Source of the DNA: Octopus vulgaris
Lineage: Eukaryota
Reading direction: 5' to 3'
Length of the DNA stretch: 64,000 nucleotides
Assembly: GCA_951406725.2 (NCBI GenBank)
Contig: OX597828.1
Span: 40,858,001-40,922,000 of the forward strand
The notes beneath the pieces are model-generated. The model was not told the DNA's origin and ran no database searches. It was given only the letters and a program-made list of their open reading frames with translations. Shown piece after piece: positions 24,944 through 37,102 of this stretch. Made by a program: the position numbers and the translations under genes. Every line of letters begins with the position of its first letter. Positions within the stretch are counted from its first letter, which is position 1.

Positions 24944-26426
24944 AATAATAATAATAATAATAATAATAGTAATAGTAATTGGATATCCAATATTAATTTG
25001 AAGCCTTTGTAGAATTATCCAATTTTGGAAATATTTCTCTGTTCTCGCAAATCTAGTGAATTCACTTACTTTAGAATTCAATCGAGTTAAATATTAATGT
25101 GATTAACAGCATTTGTTAACATTAACATCTGTTAATATTAACAGCATTTGTTCATGATCTTTCAACTTGCTAGACATAGCAACCAAATCACCTTCAAGCC
25201 TTGCCACACCATTCAAAACAAAAAGAAAACGGAAAAAAAAAAAATGCTGGATAATGTTTTCTTTAATTTGAGAAGAAAAGTTGGTATGGTATGGTATGGC
25301 TGGAATATTCTTTGATTACAGATCTGTCTGGTAACATTCTTTAAGAACTATAAACCAAAGACAGAGTTTGTATGTGGTCAAAATCTCCCTCAAACTGTAT
25401 TGTACCCTCTTGTAAAACAACATAATGGATAATATCATTGTGGGTATCAAGGCAGCGGTGGAGGCATATGGCCTAATGGCTAGAGCAGCGGACTTGCGGT
25501 CAAATCTCAGGGATCGCAGGTTCAAATCTCAGACCAGGTGATGTGTGTGTTTATGAGTGAAACACCTAAGTTCCACATGGCTCCAGCAGAAGATAATGGC
25601 GAACTCCTGCTGACTCTTTCGCCACAACTTTCTCTCACTCTTTCCTCCTATATCTTGCACCCCATCCAGGTGGGGAACCTATATGCCAAGGAAACCGGGA
25701 AACCGGCCCTAATGAGCCAGGCGTGGCTCAAGAAGGAACAAACAATCAAGGCAGCAAGCAGGCAGAAACATTAGCATGCCAGGCAAAATGCTTAGCAGTA
25801 TTTTGTTGGTCTTTACATTCTGAGTTCAAATTCTGCCAAGGTTGACTTTGCCTTTCATCCTTTTGGGGTCGATAAATTAAGTACCAGTTGCGTACTGGGG
25901 TCAATCTAATCGACTGGTCCCCTTCCCCCAAAATTTTGGGCTTTGTGTCTAGAGTAGAAAAGAATACTATTGTGGGTATCCTATTTCAGGAAAATGATGA
26001 TATGGTTATGGATGGATTGGCCTTCGGTTATAGATCTATCTGCTCTATCAGGACTGATATCATGCTGAACAACATGCTGCCTATTTTGCTAGTTATAATG
26101 GCAGAAATGTAAAATTTCCTCATGTTAGCCACCACCTGTTTACAAGTGAATAATAATCTACCGTAAACAGGACACGCGTTCCACCATTGAAACAAAGCAA
26201 TCCTTCGAATTTCTCTATTTGTTTTAGAAGAGCTTTGTTCTTATCAATGTGAAGAGTACGGTGTATATGTTGAAAGAATTTAGAACCTTCAGGACATGAA
26301 ATAATTTGCTTTTCATGATAAATCTCAAAGTGGACTCAAGTCCCATGAGCAGCCTTTGACTTTTTCTATCCAAAGTAATTTTAACCCAATATTTGCATTC
26401 TGATGTGAATGATTGAAAAAAAATCT

Positions 26427-26686
26427 TGTGTCTTGGGAGGGTTGTTACGCCAATAATAATAAACCCTCACACTGGTTCAATATCACTTCTTTATTGTTAG
26501 TCAATCAGTTAAATAAACAACCAACTAACTAGTCGATCATTTGTCTGATTATTTAACCAACACATTAAGCAAATCATCAATTAGTTAATAATTTTTGGTT
26601 ATATTTAAACAACTAACAACAAAGAAGTGATATTGAACCAGTGCATGTGTTTATTGTTACTGGTGTAATGACCCTCTCAAGACACA
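26427..26686. mobile_element. Fold-back / MITE-like element with ~75-bp imperfect inverted ends
   Basis: TGTGTCTTGGGAGGG...CACTGGTTCAATATCACTTCTTT versus AAAGAAGTGATATTGAACCAGTG...CCCTCTCAAGACACA. Confidence 0.75.
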
Positions 26687-27021
26687 ACTGCAGACTATCA
26701 TTTATAGCTTTATCTACTTCATATTCCATTGTTGAAAACAAATTATTTCTCATCGCTCAAAATTTCTAAATTCTTATGATGGAAACTATATAAGTATATC
26801 ATCATCATCGTCGTTGTCATCATCATCGTCATCGTCGTCATCATCATCATCAACTTCATCAACATTATCATCATCATTTAACATCAGCTTAACAGGAGCT
26901 AGCAAGTCAGAGGACTGCACCAAGCTCCACTGTCTGTTTCAGCATGGTTTTTACAGCTGAATGCCCTTCCTAACACCAACCACTTTACATGCATACACAT
27001 GCACACAAACACACACACATA

Positions 27022-27220
27022 TCTATTATATAAAATCCGTTCTGTCTGTCTGGGCGTGTGTCTTCTAGGATCTCGGGCATCCTCCACCTGATTGCGCTCA
27101 AATTTGATATGTAAATACCGACAGTATCAGGGCATGTATAAGTCTTGAAATAATTACAAAAATCGATTCCAGGTGAGAATGCGATCGATAAAGCATTCTT
27201 TTGCTGGTGTCTCAAATTTA
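27022..27220 (+). mobile_element. Probable non-autonomous Helitron 5' fragment
   Basis: A|TCTATTATATAAAA start, then (CTGT)n and GATTGCGCTCAAATTTG, a layout typical of invertebrate Helitron 5' ends; no 3' CTRR end found. Confidence 0.45.
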
Positions 27221-27959
27221 GGTTAAATCAGTGTTTCTCAAAGGGGAGGCCTATGGGACGGTTGGACAAGTTGTTTTGAGAAAATTTGGTTTAAATGTTT
27301 GACAACTCAGCACCGTCCATTGGACGGGGGGGGGGGCGTTTCGCTTATGTGCTTATATATGTGTGTGTTTGTGTGTACTCATGCATCATCATCATCATCA
27401 TCATCATCATCATTTAAATGCCCTCTTTTCCACGCTTGCATTGATCAAATGGAATTCATTGAGGCAGATATTTTACAGCTGGATGCCCTTCCTGTTGCTA
27501 ACCCTCACCTGTTATGATTGAGCAAGGTCATAATTCCCCATGGCCAAAAATGCTTTTCATGAAAGAACAACCTTGCTTGTATGATGGTGATGTTCATTTA
27601 TAACTCTCGCATGATGTCAAGACAAGAGTACAATACACACACATACACACGCATGCACACACACATGCACACGCATACACACACATGTAGAATGTTTGCA
27701 TATGAAAGTGTGTATGTGTATATGTTTTTACAGATGTGTGCGTACATGTATAATTGTGAGAATATGTGCATATGGGAGACTATATGATCATATGTATACG
27801 TATGTGAATATGCGTGTGTTTGTATACATGTGTGTACATATATGAATGTTTATGTATTTTTGTGTATACATGTGTGTGTGTGTACATGTGCAAATGCGTA
27901 AGTGTGAGAGTGTGTAAATGTGAAAGTATATACATGGGAGTCTATGTATGAGGGGGGAG

Positions 27960-28160
27960 GGTATGCAATTTCTACTCTTCTCCTCTGGAAGCCATCTACT
28001 CGCAATACCAGAGGGCGCACACTCTCCTACCCTGATGTAATCTCCAGGGATACAGGCATCCAGCAACAGGACCTCCGTAATGCTATGATGGACCGTGAAG
28101 TCTGGCGTAGCATGGTAAATTCCATTGTCTCGGCCACGGTCGAACAATGATGATGATGAT
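27960..28160 (+). pseudogene. RTE-group LINE extreme 3' end
   Basis: LLLWKPSTRNTRGRTLSYPDVISRDTG...AMMDREVWR, stop codon running into a (TGA)n tail. Confidence 0.75.
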
Positions 28161-28863
28161 GTACATATGTGTGTGTGTGTGTGTGTGTGTGAGTAAGAGA
28201 GAGAGAGAGAGAGAGACTGTGTACACATATGCATGTGTGCCCTTGAGAATGTGTGCATTTTGATGTGTGTACCTGTGGGAACCTGTACATTTGTGTATAA
28301 TTGTTTGTATGTGTGTGTGTGTGTGTACACGTCAATGTATGTGCATGTGTGTGTATGTGTATGTGTGTGCGTGTGCATAGATCATATCATATACATTTAT
28401 ATGCAACAATTGTTTTCACTCTAGTTATAATTGTTTCTTGTGTTGTTTTGCTTTTGCTTGTTGTTGTTGTTGTTGTTATTGTTGTTGTGCTTTTTGTTGC
28501 TTCAATAGAAATTCAATGTTGCAATTCAAATTGAAGCAGAGGAATGGTTTGTTTGGACCAAGTCACCTTGTTTTGGCTTAAGATTTGAAACCTCTGGGGA
28601 GAATTTGGTTGAGTGGAGTGTAGGCTTTGAGTAAAAGTCTGGTAAAGTAATCTACCTTCTGTTTGGAATTTTGTTCCACCTTGCAAACATTGCTCTGTTG
28701 GAACTGTTGTTATTTAATTGTGGCCAACTCTGCTGAAAAACTGTCATAGTAAATATCTGTCTACCTACCCACCTACCCACCCACCTACATACATATATAT
28801 GTGAACAGAAGTATACACATATATATATAATAAATATATGCCAGATTTTGTTATAATGTATAT

Positions 28864-28906
<43 letters not shown>

Positions 28907-29003
28907 CGGGAAGCTTTATGAAAATAAACAAAAGACGAAGGCAGGTGGAAAACAAACGAACAATTGTATTAGTATGGCGCTCAGGAAATATAAATAAAAC
29001 AAG

Positions 29004-29041
29004 TCTTTAACGTTTCGAGCCTACGCTCTTCAACAGAAAGA
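29004..29041 (-). ncRNA. Minimal type I hammerhead variant in the Penelope 3' end
   Basis: TCTTT-CTGTTGA-A-GAGC GTAG GCTC-GAAAC-GTT-AAAGA. Confidence 0.65.
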
Positions 29042-29577
29042 TACACAGAGAGAGAAAAACACAGAAAGAAGGAGAGAAAAAAATGCGTGCAGTAGCTAAC
29101 GAATCAACATGGCGATCTGATTTCGGCCAGAGGTCAAAGATCAAACATGAGACGCGAGAGCGAAATAAGGGGAGATAATAGGGTTGATAAATGGGTTGAG
29201 GGACCAGCTAAAAGTGCGTGGGAGGGGTCTGGATGTGTGTATGTATAGGGTTGGTGTATGTATTAGTATGTATAAGGGTGTGTGTGTGTGTGTGTGTGTA
29301 TGAGAGAGTATTAGTGCGTAAGATTGGTCTGGACGTGCGTATGTATGGGGTTGGTGTATGTATTAGTATGTATTAGTATGTATTAGTACGTATTGGTATG
29401 TATAGGTGTGTGTGTGTGTGTGAGAGAGAGTATAAGTGCGTATGCGGGGTCTGGACGTGTGTATGTATAGGGTTGGTGTAAGTATTAGTATGTACTAGTA
29501 TGTATTAGTACGTATTAGTATGTATTAGTTGGTGTGTGTATTAGTATGGCACATCATATGTGATGTGATGTGTAAAG

Positions 29578-31146
29578 TCATGTGGTGTAGTGAGGAGAAG
29601 AGGGGGAGGGGGAGAAGAGGGGAGGGGGAGAAGAGGGGGAGAGAAGGGGAGGGGAAGAAGAGGGGGAGGAGAAGGGGGGAGAGGAGAGGATGGGGGAGAA
29701 GGAAGGGGATGAGGGGGATGAAGGAGGAAAGAGGGAGAGGGGGAGAGAGAAGGGGAGAGAGGGAGTGAGGGAGCAGAGGGAAGGGGAAGAGGGAGGGAGA
29801 AAGAGGGAAGAAGGGAAGGGGAGTAGGGGTGAAAGGATGAAGGACTGAAGAAGTAGGGGTCGGGGAGAAAGGATAGGTGAGGAGGGGGAGAGGGGGTTAG
29901 ATGAGGAGGGGGGAGAGTTGAGACCAAATGGCGTATAAGAGCGAAGAGAGAAGATTAATTCCTGTTCACGGCGCAAACGGGAATCCGGATGGCCTCTGTG
30001 TAAGGACAAACCGAACACAGATAGGTGTTGCAAGGAGTGACCGGTGGAGCGGAAATGGCGTGAGACCGGTGTGTCGTTCGTAAGGTGGATGTCACGAAGG
30101 TGTTCCGCGAACCGGTCAGCCAAGCGGCGTCCCGTTTGTCCGATGTACAAGGAATTGCAGAGAGAGCAAGAGATGCAATAGATAATATTGCTGGAGGTGC
30201 AGGTGAAGGAGTGGATGATGGGATAGGGTCGATGGTGGGTGCTAGTGAGGCGGGTGGTGTTGGAGAGGTAAGGGCAAGTGCGGCAACGTGGGCGGGAGCA
30301 GGGGAACGAGCCGGGTTGGGAGGTAGGGTCAGGGAAGGAGCTATGGACCAAAAGGTCTCGAAGGTTGTGGGCTCGTTTGAAAGAGGGGAGGGGTCGGTTA
30401 GGGAAGAGGTGTGAAGTGGACGGGTCGGACTGGAGATGACGGAAAGCTCGAAGAATGGTGCGTTGGAGACGTAGGGTCGTGGGGTGGTAAGTGAGGGGAA
30501 AAGGGAGGCGGGAGACTACAGGGCGGGTTCGGGGAGAGAGAGCAGATACACGGTCCACGGACCGTGCTCTGGCAAGGGCGGTGTGGATAGTGGTGAGGGG
30601 GTATCCACGTAGGGTGAAGTGGTGAGCCATACGTTGAGACTGAGTCTCAAAGTCATGGTCGTCACTACAGAGCCTACGTAGACGGAGGAATTGGGAATAG
30701 GGGATGGAAAGCTTGGTGTGTTCTGGGTGGGAGGAAGAGAAGTTGAGGTATGAGTGTGAGTCTGTCTGTTTGTAGTGAATGGAGGTGGTAAGAGTGGAGT
30801 GAAGAATGCTAACCGAAATATCGAGGAAGGAGACAGAGGTGTTGGAGATAGTGGAAGTGAAGTGGAGGGCTGGATGGAAAGATTGGACGAAAGAGAGGAA
30901 GGAATCTAGATGTTCGCGGGAGAGTGAGGTGGCACCGATAATGTCGTCAATGTAACGACCATATAGTTCAGGAGTGGGACCAGTGAAATTAGAGAATATT
31001 TGGGCCTCAACATAGCCAACGAACAGGTTCGCATAGTTGGGGCCCATTCGCGTTCCCATGGCCACTCCCGAGACCTGATGGTAGAACTCGCCCGCGAACG
31101 AGAAGCAGTTCAGAGTAAGGACAAGTTCGGCCAGACGAATGAGTGT
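29578..31146 (-). CDS. Penelope-like RT C-terminal half, Cys-rich linker and GIY-YIG endonuclease (partial; no genuine start codon)
   Basis: QVSGVAMGTRMGPNYANLF, YGRYIDD, SFLD, HYKQTDSHSYL, CSRPRCRTC linker, IIYCISCSLCNSLYIGQT..RFAEH; real similarity ends at FGLN (~29920), the rest is read-through of a low-complexity tract. Confidence 0.9.
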   Translation of the reverse strand, partial: TLIRLAELVLTLNCFSFAGEFYHQVSGVAMGTRMGPNYANLFVGYVEAQIFSNFTGPTPELYGRYIDDIIGATSLSREHLDSFLSFVQSFHPALHFTSTISNTSVSFLDISVSILHSTLTTSIHYKQTDSHSYLNFSSSHPEHTKLSIPYSQFLRLRRLCSDDHDFETQSQRMAHHFTLRGYPLTTIHTALARARSVDRVSALSPRTRPVVSRLPFPLTYHPTTLRLQRTILRAFRHLQSDPSTSHLFPNRPLPSFKRAHNLRDLLVHSSFPDPTSQPGSFPCSRPRCRTCPYLSNTTRLTSTHHRPYPIIHSFTCTSSNIIYCISCSLCNSLYIGQTGRRLADRFAEHLRDIHLTNDTPVSRHFRSTGHSLQHLSVFGLSLHRGHPDSRLRREQELIFSLRSYTPFGLNSPPSSSNPLSPSSPILSPRPLLLQSFILSPLLPFPSSLFLPPSSPSLCSLTPSLPFSLPLSLFPPSSPSSPSFSPILSSPPFSSPSSSPPLLSPSSPPPLFSPSPSSPHYTT

Positions 31147-31204
31147 AGATAGATAGATAGATAGATAAATAAACAAATATAAAGTTGCATATGTATGTAT
31201 GTAT

Positions 31205-31246
<42 letters not shown>

Positions 31247-31323
31247 ACATACATACATATATATATATATATATGTATGTATACATACATACATATACAA
31301 CTTTGTATTTGTCTTTTTATCTA

Positions 31324-31415
<92 letters not shown>

Positions 31416-31450
31416 CTGATATATGTATATATGTGTGTATATATCTTTAT

Positions 31451-31481
<31 letters not shown>

Positions 31482-31924
31482 CCATTACTCAATCTTTATT
31501 ATATTAAGCAAAGTTATAGATTTCTCCCCTGGGGGATGGGGGAAGAAACATTTTTCTTTTCAAGCTATGCCAAGGTTTATCTTTACATAATGAAGTTTTG
31601 CCTATTTACTTCTATATCTCGGTTATGGAAATGAAAGGGTTTGCCGCTTTGATATGTCTGTTCGACATATTGAATATATAATTACCACACCATGATGCAT
31701 GACCTCCTATTCCCTGCCACGTCTGTATGTATGGAGCAGGGTAGGAAAAGGGTATCAACATCTGATATTAAACTTGAATATCTGAGGAAGTTTCCATTGA
31801 AGCAAGATGAATCAAGTGTGTGTTTGTGTATATGTATTCTTTGTCTATGTACATGTGTGCGTGTGTGTGTGTGTGTGCACATGCTGTGAGGTTATATATG
31901 CATACATAAATATATACATATATG

Positions 31925-32025
<101 letters not shown>

Positions 32026-32377
32026 ACATGCATGTGCGTGTGTGTCTGTGAACATACGATGGGGAAGTGACAGAGGTAATGATGATGATAATAATATCAC
32101 ACCAACTGGTAGAATATGTTATCTACTCCTACATTGTGTGTATGTGTGTGTGTCTGTATATATATATATATACATATGTGTATGTATGTATAGTATATGT
32201 GTGAATGTGTGTATATATAAATACATATATATATATATATATGAGTGTGTGTGTATATTTAAATTTATATGTATTTTGTGTGTGTGTGTATGTATGTATG
32301 CATGTATGTATATATGTATGTATGTATAGTATATGTGTGAGTGTGTGTGTATATTTAAATTTATGTATATATATAGA

Positions 32378-32673
32378 GAACCATCCGAACGTGGCCCTTG
32401 CCAGCGCCGCCCCGACTGGCCTCCGTGCCGGTGGTACATAAAAACCACCATCCAATCGTGGCTGTTGCCAGCCTCGCCTGGTACCTGTGCCGGTGGCACG
32501 TAAAAAGCACCCACTACACTCATAGAGTGGTTGGCGTTAAGAAGGGCATCCAGCCGTAGAAACATTGCCAGATCAGACTGGGCCTGGTGCAGCCTTCTGG
32601 CTTCCCAGACCCCAGTTGAACCGTCCAACCCATGCCAGCATGGAAAGCGGATGCTAAACGATGATGATGATGA
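32378..32673 (+). mobile_element. Repeat family B copy
   Basis: Family B body and (GAT)n tail. Confidence 0.8.
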
Positions 32674-32697
32674 TATATATATATAATATGTGTATTT

Positions 32698-32738
<41 letters not shown>

Positions 32739-32851
32739 CTGTGTGCGTGTATGTGTGTGTGTGTATATATATACATATATATATATATATAATAGAAATA
32801 TTAAAATTACTAAGTCTCTATAAAAGAGATTACGGCAGCGTTTACTGGAAA

Positions 32852-32891
32852 TTAATTGTTATCGCCATATTAATATGGCGATAACAATTAA
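32852..32891. repeat. Perfect 40-bp palindrome with no spacer
   Basis: TTAATTGTTATCGCCATATT|AATATGGCGATAACAATTAA. Confidence 0.95.
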
Positions 32892-32911
32892 ATTATATAT
32901 ATATATATATA

Positions 32912-33152
32912 TCATCATCATCATCGTTTAACGTCCATTTTCCGCGCTAGCATGGGTTGGACGGTTTGACCGGGGTCTGGGAAGCCGGGGTCTGGGAAGC
33001 CGGGGGCTGCACCAGGCTCCAGTCTGATCTGGCAGAGTTTCTACAGCTGGATGCCCTTCCTAACGCCAACCACTCCGCGAGTGTAGTGGGTGCTTTTTAC
33101 GTGCCACCTGCACAGGTGCCCGGGGGGGTCCGGCATCGGTCACGATCGGTTG
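32912..33152 (-). mobile_element. Repeat family B, reverse copy, joined directly to Penelope copy 2
   Basis: (ATC)n GTTTAACGTCC...GGATGCCCTTCCTAACGCC; internal 16-bp duplication CCGGGGTCTGGGAAGC. Confidence 0.8.
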
Positions 33153-35348
33153 GAGCTTGTCCTTACTCTAAAAGCTTCTCGTTCGCGGGCGAGTTCTACC
33201 ATCAGGTCTCGGGAGTGGCCATGGGAATGCGAATGGGCCCCAACTATGCGAACCTGTTCGTTGGCTATGTTGAGGCCCAAATATTCTCTAATTTCACTGG
33301 TCCCACTCCTGAACTATATGGTCATTACATTGACGACATTATCGGTGCCACCTCACTCTCCCATGAACATCTAGATTCCTTCCTCTCTTTCGTCCAATCT
33401 TTCCATCCAGCCCTCCACTTCACTTCCACTATCTCCAACACCTCTGTCTCCTTCCTCGACATTTCGGTTAGCATTCTTCACTCCACTCTTACCACCTCCA
33501 TTCACTACAAACACACAGACTCACACTCATACCTCAACTTCTCTTCCTCCCACCCAGAACACACCAAGCTTTCCATCCCCTATTCCCAATTCCTCCGTCT
33601 ACGTAGGCTCTGTAGTGACGACCATGACTTTGAGACTCAGTCTCAACGTATGGCTCACCACTTCACCCTACGTGGATACCCCCTCACCACTATCCACACC
33701 GCCCTTGCCAGATACACGTAGACCGTGTATCTGCTCTCTCTCCCCGAACCCGCCCTGTAGTCTCCCGCCTCCCTTTTCCCCACACTTACCACCCCACGAC
33801 CCTACGTCTCCAACGCATCATTCTTCGAGCTTTCCGTCATCTCCAGTCCGACCCGTCCACTTCACACCTCTTCCCTAACTGACCCCTCCCCTCTTTCAAA
33901 CGAGCCCACAACCTTCGAGACCTTTTGGTCCATAGCTCCTTCCCTGACCCTACCTCCCAACCCGGCTCGTTCCCCTGCTCCCGCCCACGTTGCCGCACTT
34001 GCCCTTACCTCTCCAACACCACCCTCCTCACTAGCACCCACCATCGACCCTATCCCATCATCCACTCCTTCACCTGCACCTCCAGCAATATTATCTATTG
34101 CGTCTCTTGCTCTCTCTGCCATTCCTTGTACATCGGACAAACGGGACACCGCTTGGCTGACCGGTTCGCGGAACACCTTCGTGACATCCACCTTGCAAAC
34201 GACACACCGGTCTCACACCATTTCCGCTCCACCGGTCACTCCCTTGCAACACCTATCTGTGTTCGGTTTGTCCTTACACAGAGGCCATCCGGATTCCCGT
34301 TTGCGCCGTGAACAGGAATTAATCTTCTCTCTTCGCTCTTATACGCCATTTGGTCTCAACTTTCCCCCCCCCCTCATCTAACCCCCTCTCCCCCTCCTCA
34401 CCTATCCTTCCCCCCGACCCCTACTTCTTCAGTCCTTCATCCTTTCACCCCTACTCCCCTTCCCTTCTTCCCTCTTTCTCCCTCCCTCCTTCCCTCTTCC
34501 CCTTCCCTCTGCTCCCTCACTCCCCTTCTCTCTCCCCCTCTCCCTCTTTCCTCCTTCCTTCTCCCCCTCCTCTCCTCCCCTCCCCGCCCCCTCCTCTCCT
34601 CTTCCCCCCTCTCCTCCCCCTCTCCTCCTCTCTCCACACTACACCACACGACTTTACACATCACATCATATATGATGTGCCATACTAATACATACACCAA
34701 CTAATACATACTAATACGTACTAATACATACTAATACATACTAATACATACACCAACCCTATACATACACACGTCCAGACCTCTCATACGCACTTATACT
34801 CTCTCATACACACACACACACACTTATACATACTAATACGTACTAATACATACTAATACGTACTACTAATACATACTAATACATACACCAACCCCATACA
34901 TACGCACGTCCAGACCTATCATACGCACTAATACTCTCTCATACACACACACACACACACACACACACCCTTATACATACTAATACATACTAATACATAC
35001 ACCAACCCCTTACATACACACGTCCAGACCTCTCCTACGCACTAATAGCTGGTCATTCAACCCTATTATCAACCCTATTATCTCCCCTTATTTTGCTCTC
35101 GCGTCTCATGTTTGATCTTTGACCTCTGGCCAAAATCAGATCGCCATGTTGATTCGTTAGTTACTGCACGCATTTTTTTCTCTCCTTCTTTCTGTGTTTT
35201 TTTCTCTCTGTGTATCTTTCTGTTGAAGAGCGTAGGCTCGAAACGTTAAAGACTTGTTTTATTTATATTTCCTGAGCGCCATACTAATACAATTGTTTGT
35301 ATGTTTCCCGCCTGCCTTCGTCTTTTGTCTATTTTCATAAAGCTTCCC

Positions 35349-35350
<2 letters not shown>
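33153..35350 (+). mobile_element. Penelope-like retroelement copy 2, 5'-truncated and frameshifted
   Basis: Near-identical inverted copy of 28906-31128; net 4-bp deletion and stop at ~33710-33721, +1 insertion at ~34240; YIDD and GIY-YIG motifs present. Confidence 0.95.
35215..35252 (+). ncRNA. Minimal type I hammerhead variant in the Penelope 3' end
   Basis: Identical to the motif at 29004-29041. Confidence 0.65.
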
Positions 35351-35401
<51 letters not shown>

Positions 35402-35449
35402 CATATGTATATATATGTATATATACATATAAGTATATATACGTATATA

Positions 35450-35512
<63 letters not shown>

Positions 35513-35521
<9 letters not shown>

Positions 35522-35802
35522 CAAATGAGGTACTCAGAAATTCGGATGGTTTGATATTTACAGATATTTATTTGTATATTACATGTTTTTATACACCATA
35601 TAACTTAAATCATATATTAGTGCTTTCTCCGATTCTAGTGGGGTTTTCAAATCGAACTGTTCAATTTGAAAACCCCACTAGAATGGGAGAAAGCGCTAAT
35701 ATATGATCTAAGTTATATGGTGTATAAAAATATGTAATAAAACTAAATTTCTGTAAATATAAAACCATCTGAATTTCTGAGTACCTCATTTCTTCTAATA
35801 TA
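35513..35802. repeat. ~290-bp fold-back palindrome (~143-bp arms, essentially no spacer)
   Basis: AAATGAGGTACTCAGAAATTC...CTAGTGGGGTTTTCAAAT-CGAACTGTTCA-ATTTGAAAACCCCACTAG...GAATTTCTGAGTACCTCATTT. Confidence 0.92.
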
Positions 35803-36305
35803 AAATACGTGTACATCATCTCCAAACCTTCCAATATATATATATACGTACACATATACATAAGCATATGTATATTTGTGTGTGTGTGTGTGTGTATTTA
35901 TGTAATGTGTCACTGATGTAGTCAGTGACAATAGTATAATAATCACTCCAGTGCAAAAGATACCAGTTAATATGTTGCTTGAAGCTGTAATGTAGGAAAC
36001 CTATTAATTCTGATACATTGTTACTGTTTCAAACTTAATTTCACCATCATAGATATTGAGAACATGTCCTCTGTGTGTGTGTGTGTGTGTCTGTGTGTGT
36101 CTATGTCTGTGTGTGCATGCCTCTATGCACACACATATATATATATATGTACATATACACACACACATATGTATATACATGTGGGATAGATATACATACG
36201 CGTGTGTATATGCATGTGTGTAAGTATGTATATGTATGTGTTTGTCATTATGTATAGTTAGACTTATGACCATATATCCAGATACACAGACACAGGTGTG
36301 TGCAT

Positions 36306-36342
<37 letters not shown>

Positions 36343-36857
36343 TGCACAAACACACATATACATGTATATTTAGAGACTGTATTTTGTTTGGAAACAAAGA
36401 AGCAAAACATTACATTGCAAAGACAATACAATGTCAGAGGGTTTCAGTCAAAATTCCTTCCTGTTCATTTCAAATTCCTCCAAACTCTTTTATTGAGAAT
36501 AAGTCTATATTCTCATTTATTCTCCTTCAAATTTTATTCATTTTCTTCCTACAGACAGACGTCATTCATATTATTCTTCCAAATTTTCTTCCTTGCTGCA
36601 GTTTTTTTGTTTCATTGATCATTTTCTCTTTGTACCTTTCTGTGTTGATCAAGTATTGGATAATTATTTGACTGTATTTCTTGGGTAAACCAGGTAAATT
36701 AATAAAAGAAGTGAAAATGGTAGAGTGTTGATCAATTGCTTTATGGCATTTTATTCTCTGTTCATTATGTTTCGAGTTCGAATGTCATTTCAGCTGGGTT
36801 TGTCTTTCCCAGGTTTGTCATGGGTTCAATAAAATATTTAAAAAAATATTTCTATCA

Positions 36858-37047
36858 TAGGTGCAGGCATGACTGTGTAGTAAGAAACTTGCTTCCCAAC
36901 CACATGGTTCCGGGTTCACTCCCACTGCATGGCACCTTGGACAAGTGTCTTCTACTATAGCCTTGAGCCGATCAAAACTTTGTGAGTGGACTTGGTAGAT
37001 GGAAACTGAAAGAAGCCTGTTATATACATATGTGTGTGTGTGTTTGT

Positions 37048-37102
<55 letters not shown>

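Larger units (their letters stand above)
28906..31146 (-). mobile_element. Penelope-like retroelement (Neptune-like), 5'-truncated, copy 1
   Basis: RT + GIY-YIG ORF, polypyrimidine tract, tandem-repeat 3' UTR, minimal HHR; ends in (TA)n. Confidence 0.95.

Noticed and set aside
31147-31290. N-terminal extension (MYVYIH...) of the 570-aa ORF
   Set aside because: It is translated (TA)n/(TAGA)n microsatellite; Penelope similarity starts at ~31146, so this is not a full-length gene
32957-33152. Apparent fusion ORF of family B sequence with Penelope RT (254 aa)
   Set aside because: Chance in-frame junction between two repeats; non-ATG start and early stop
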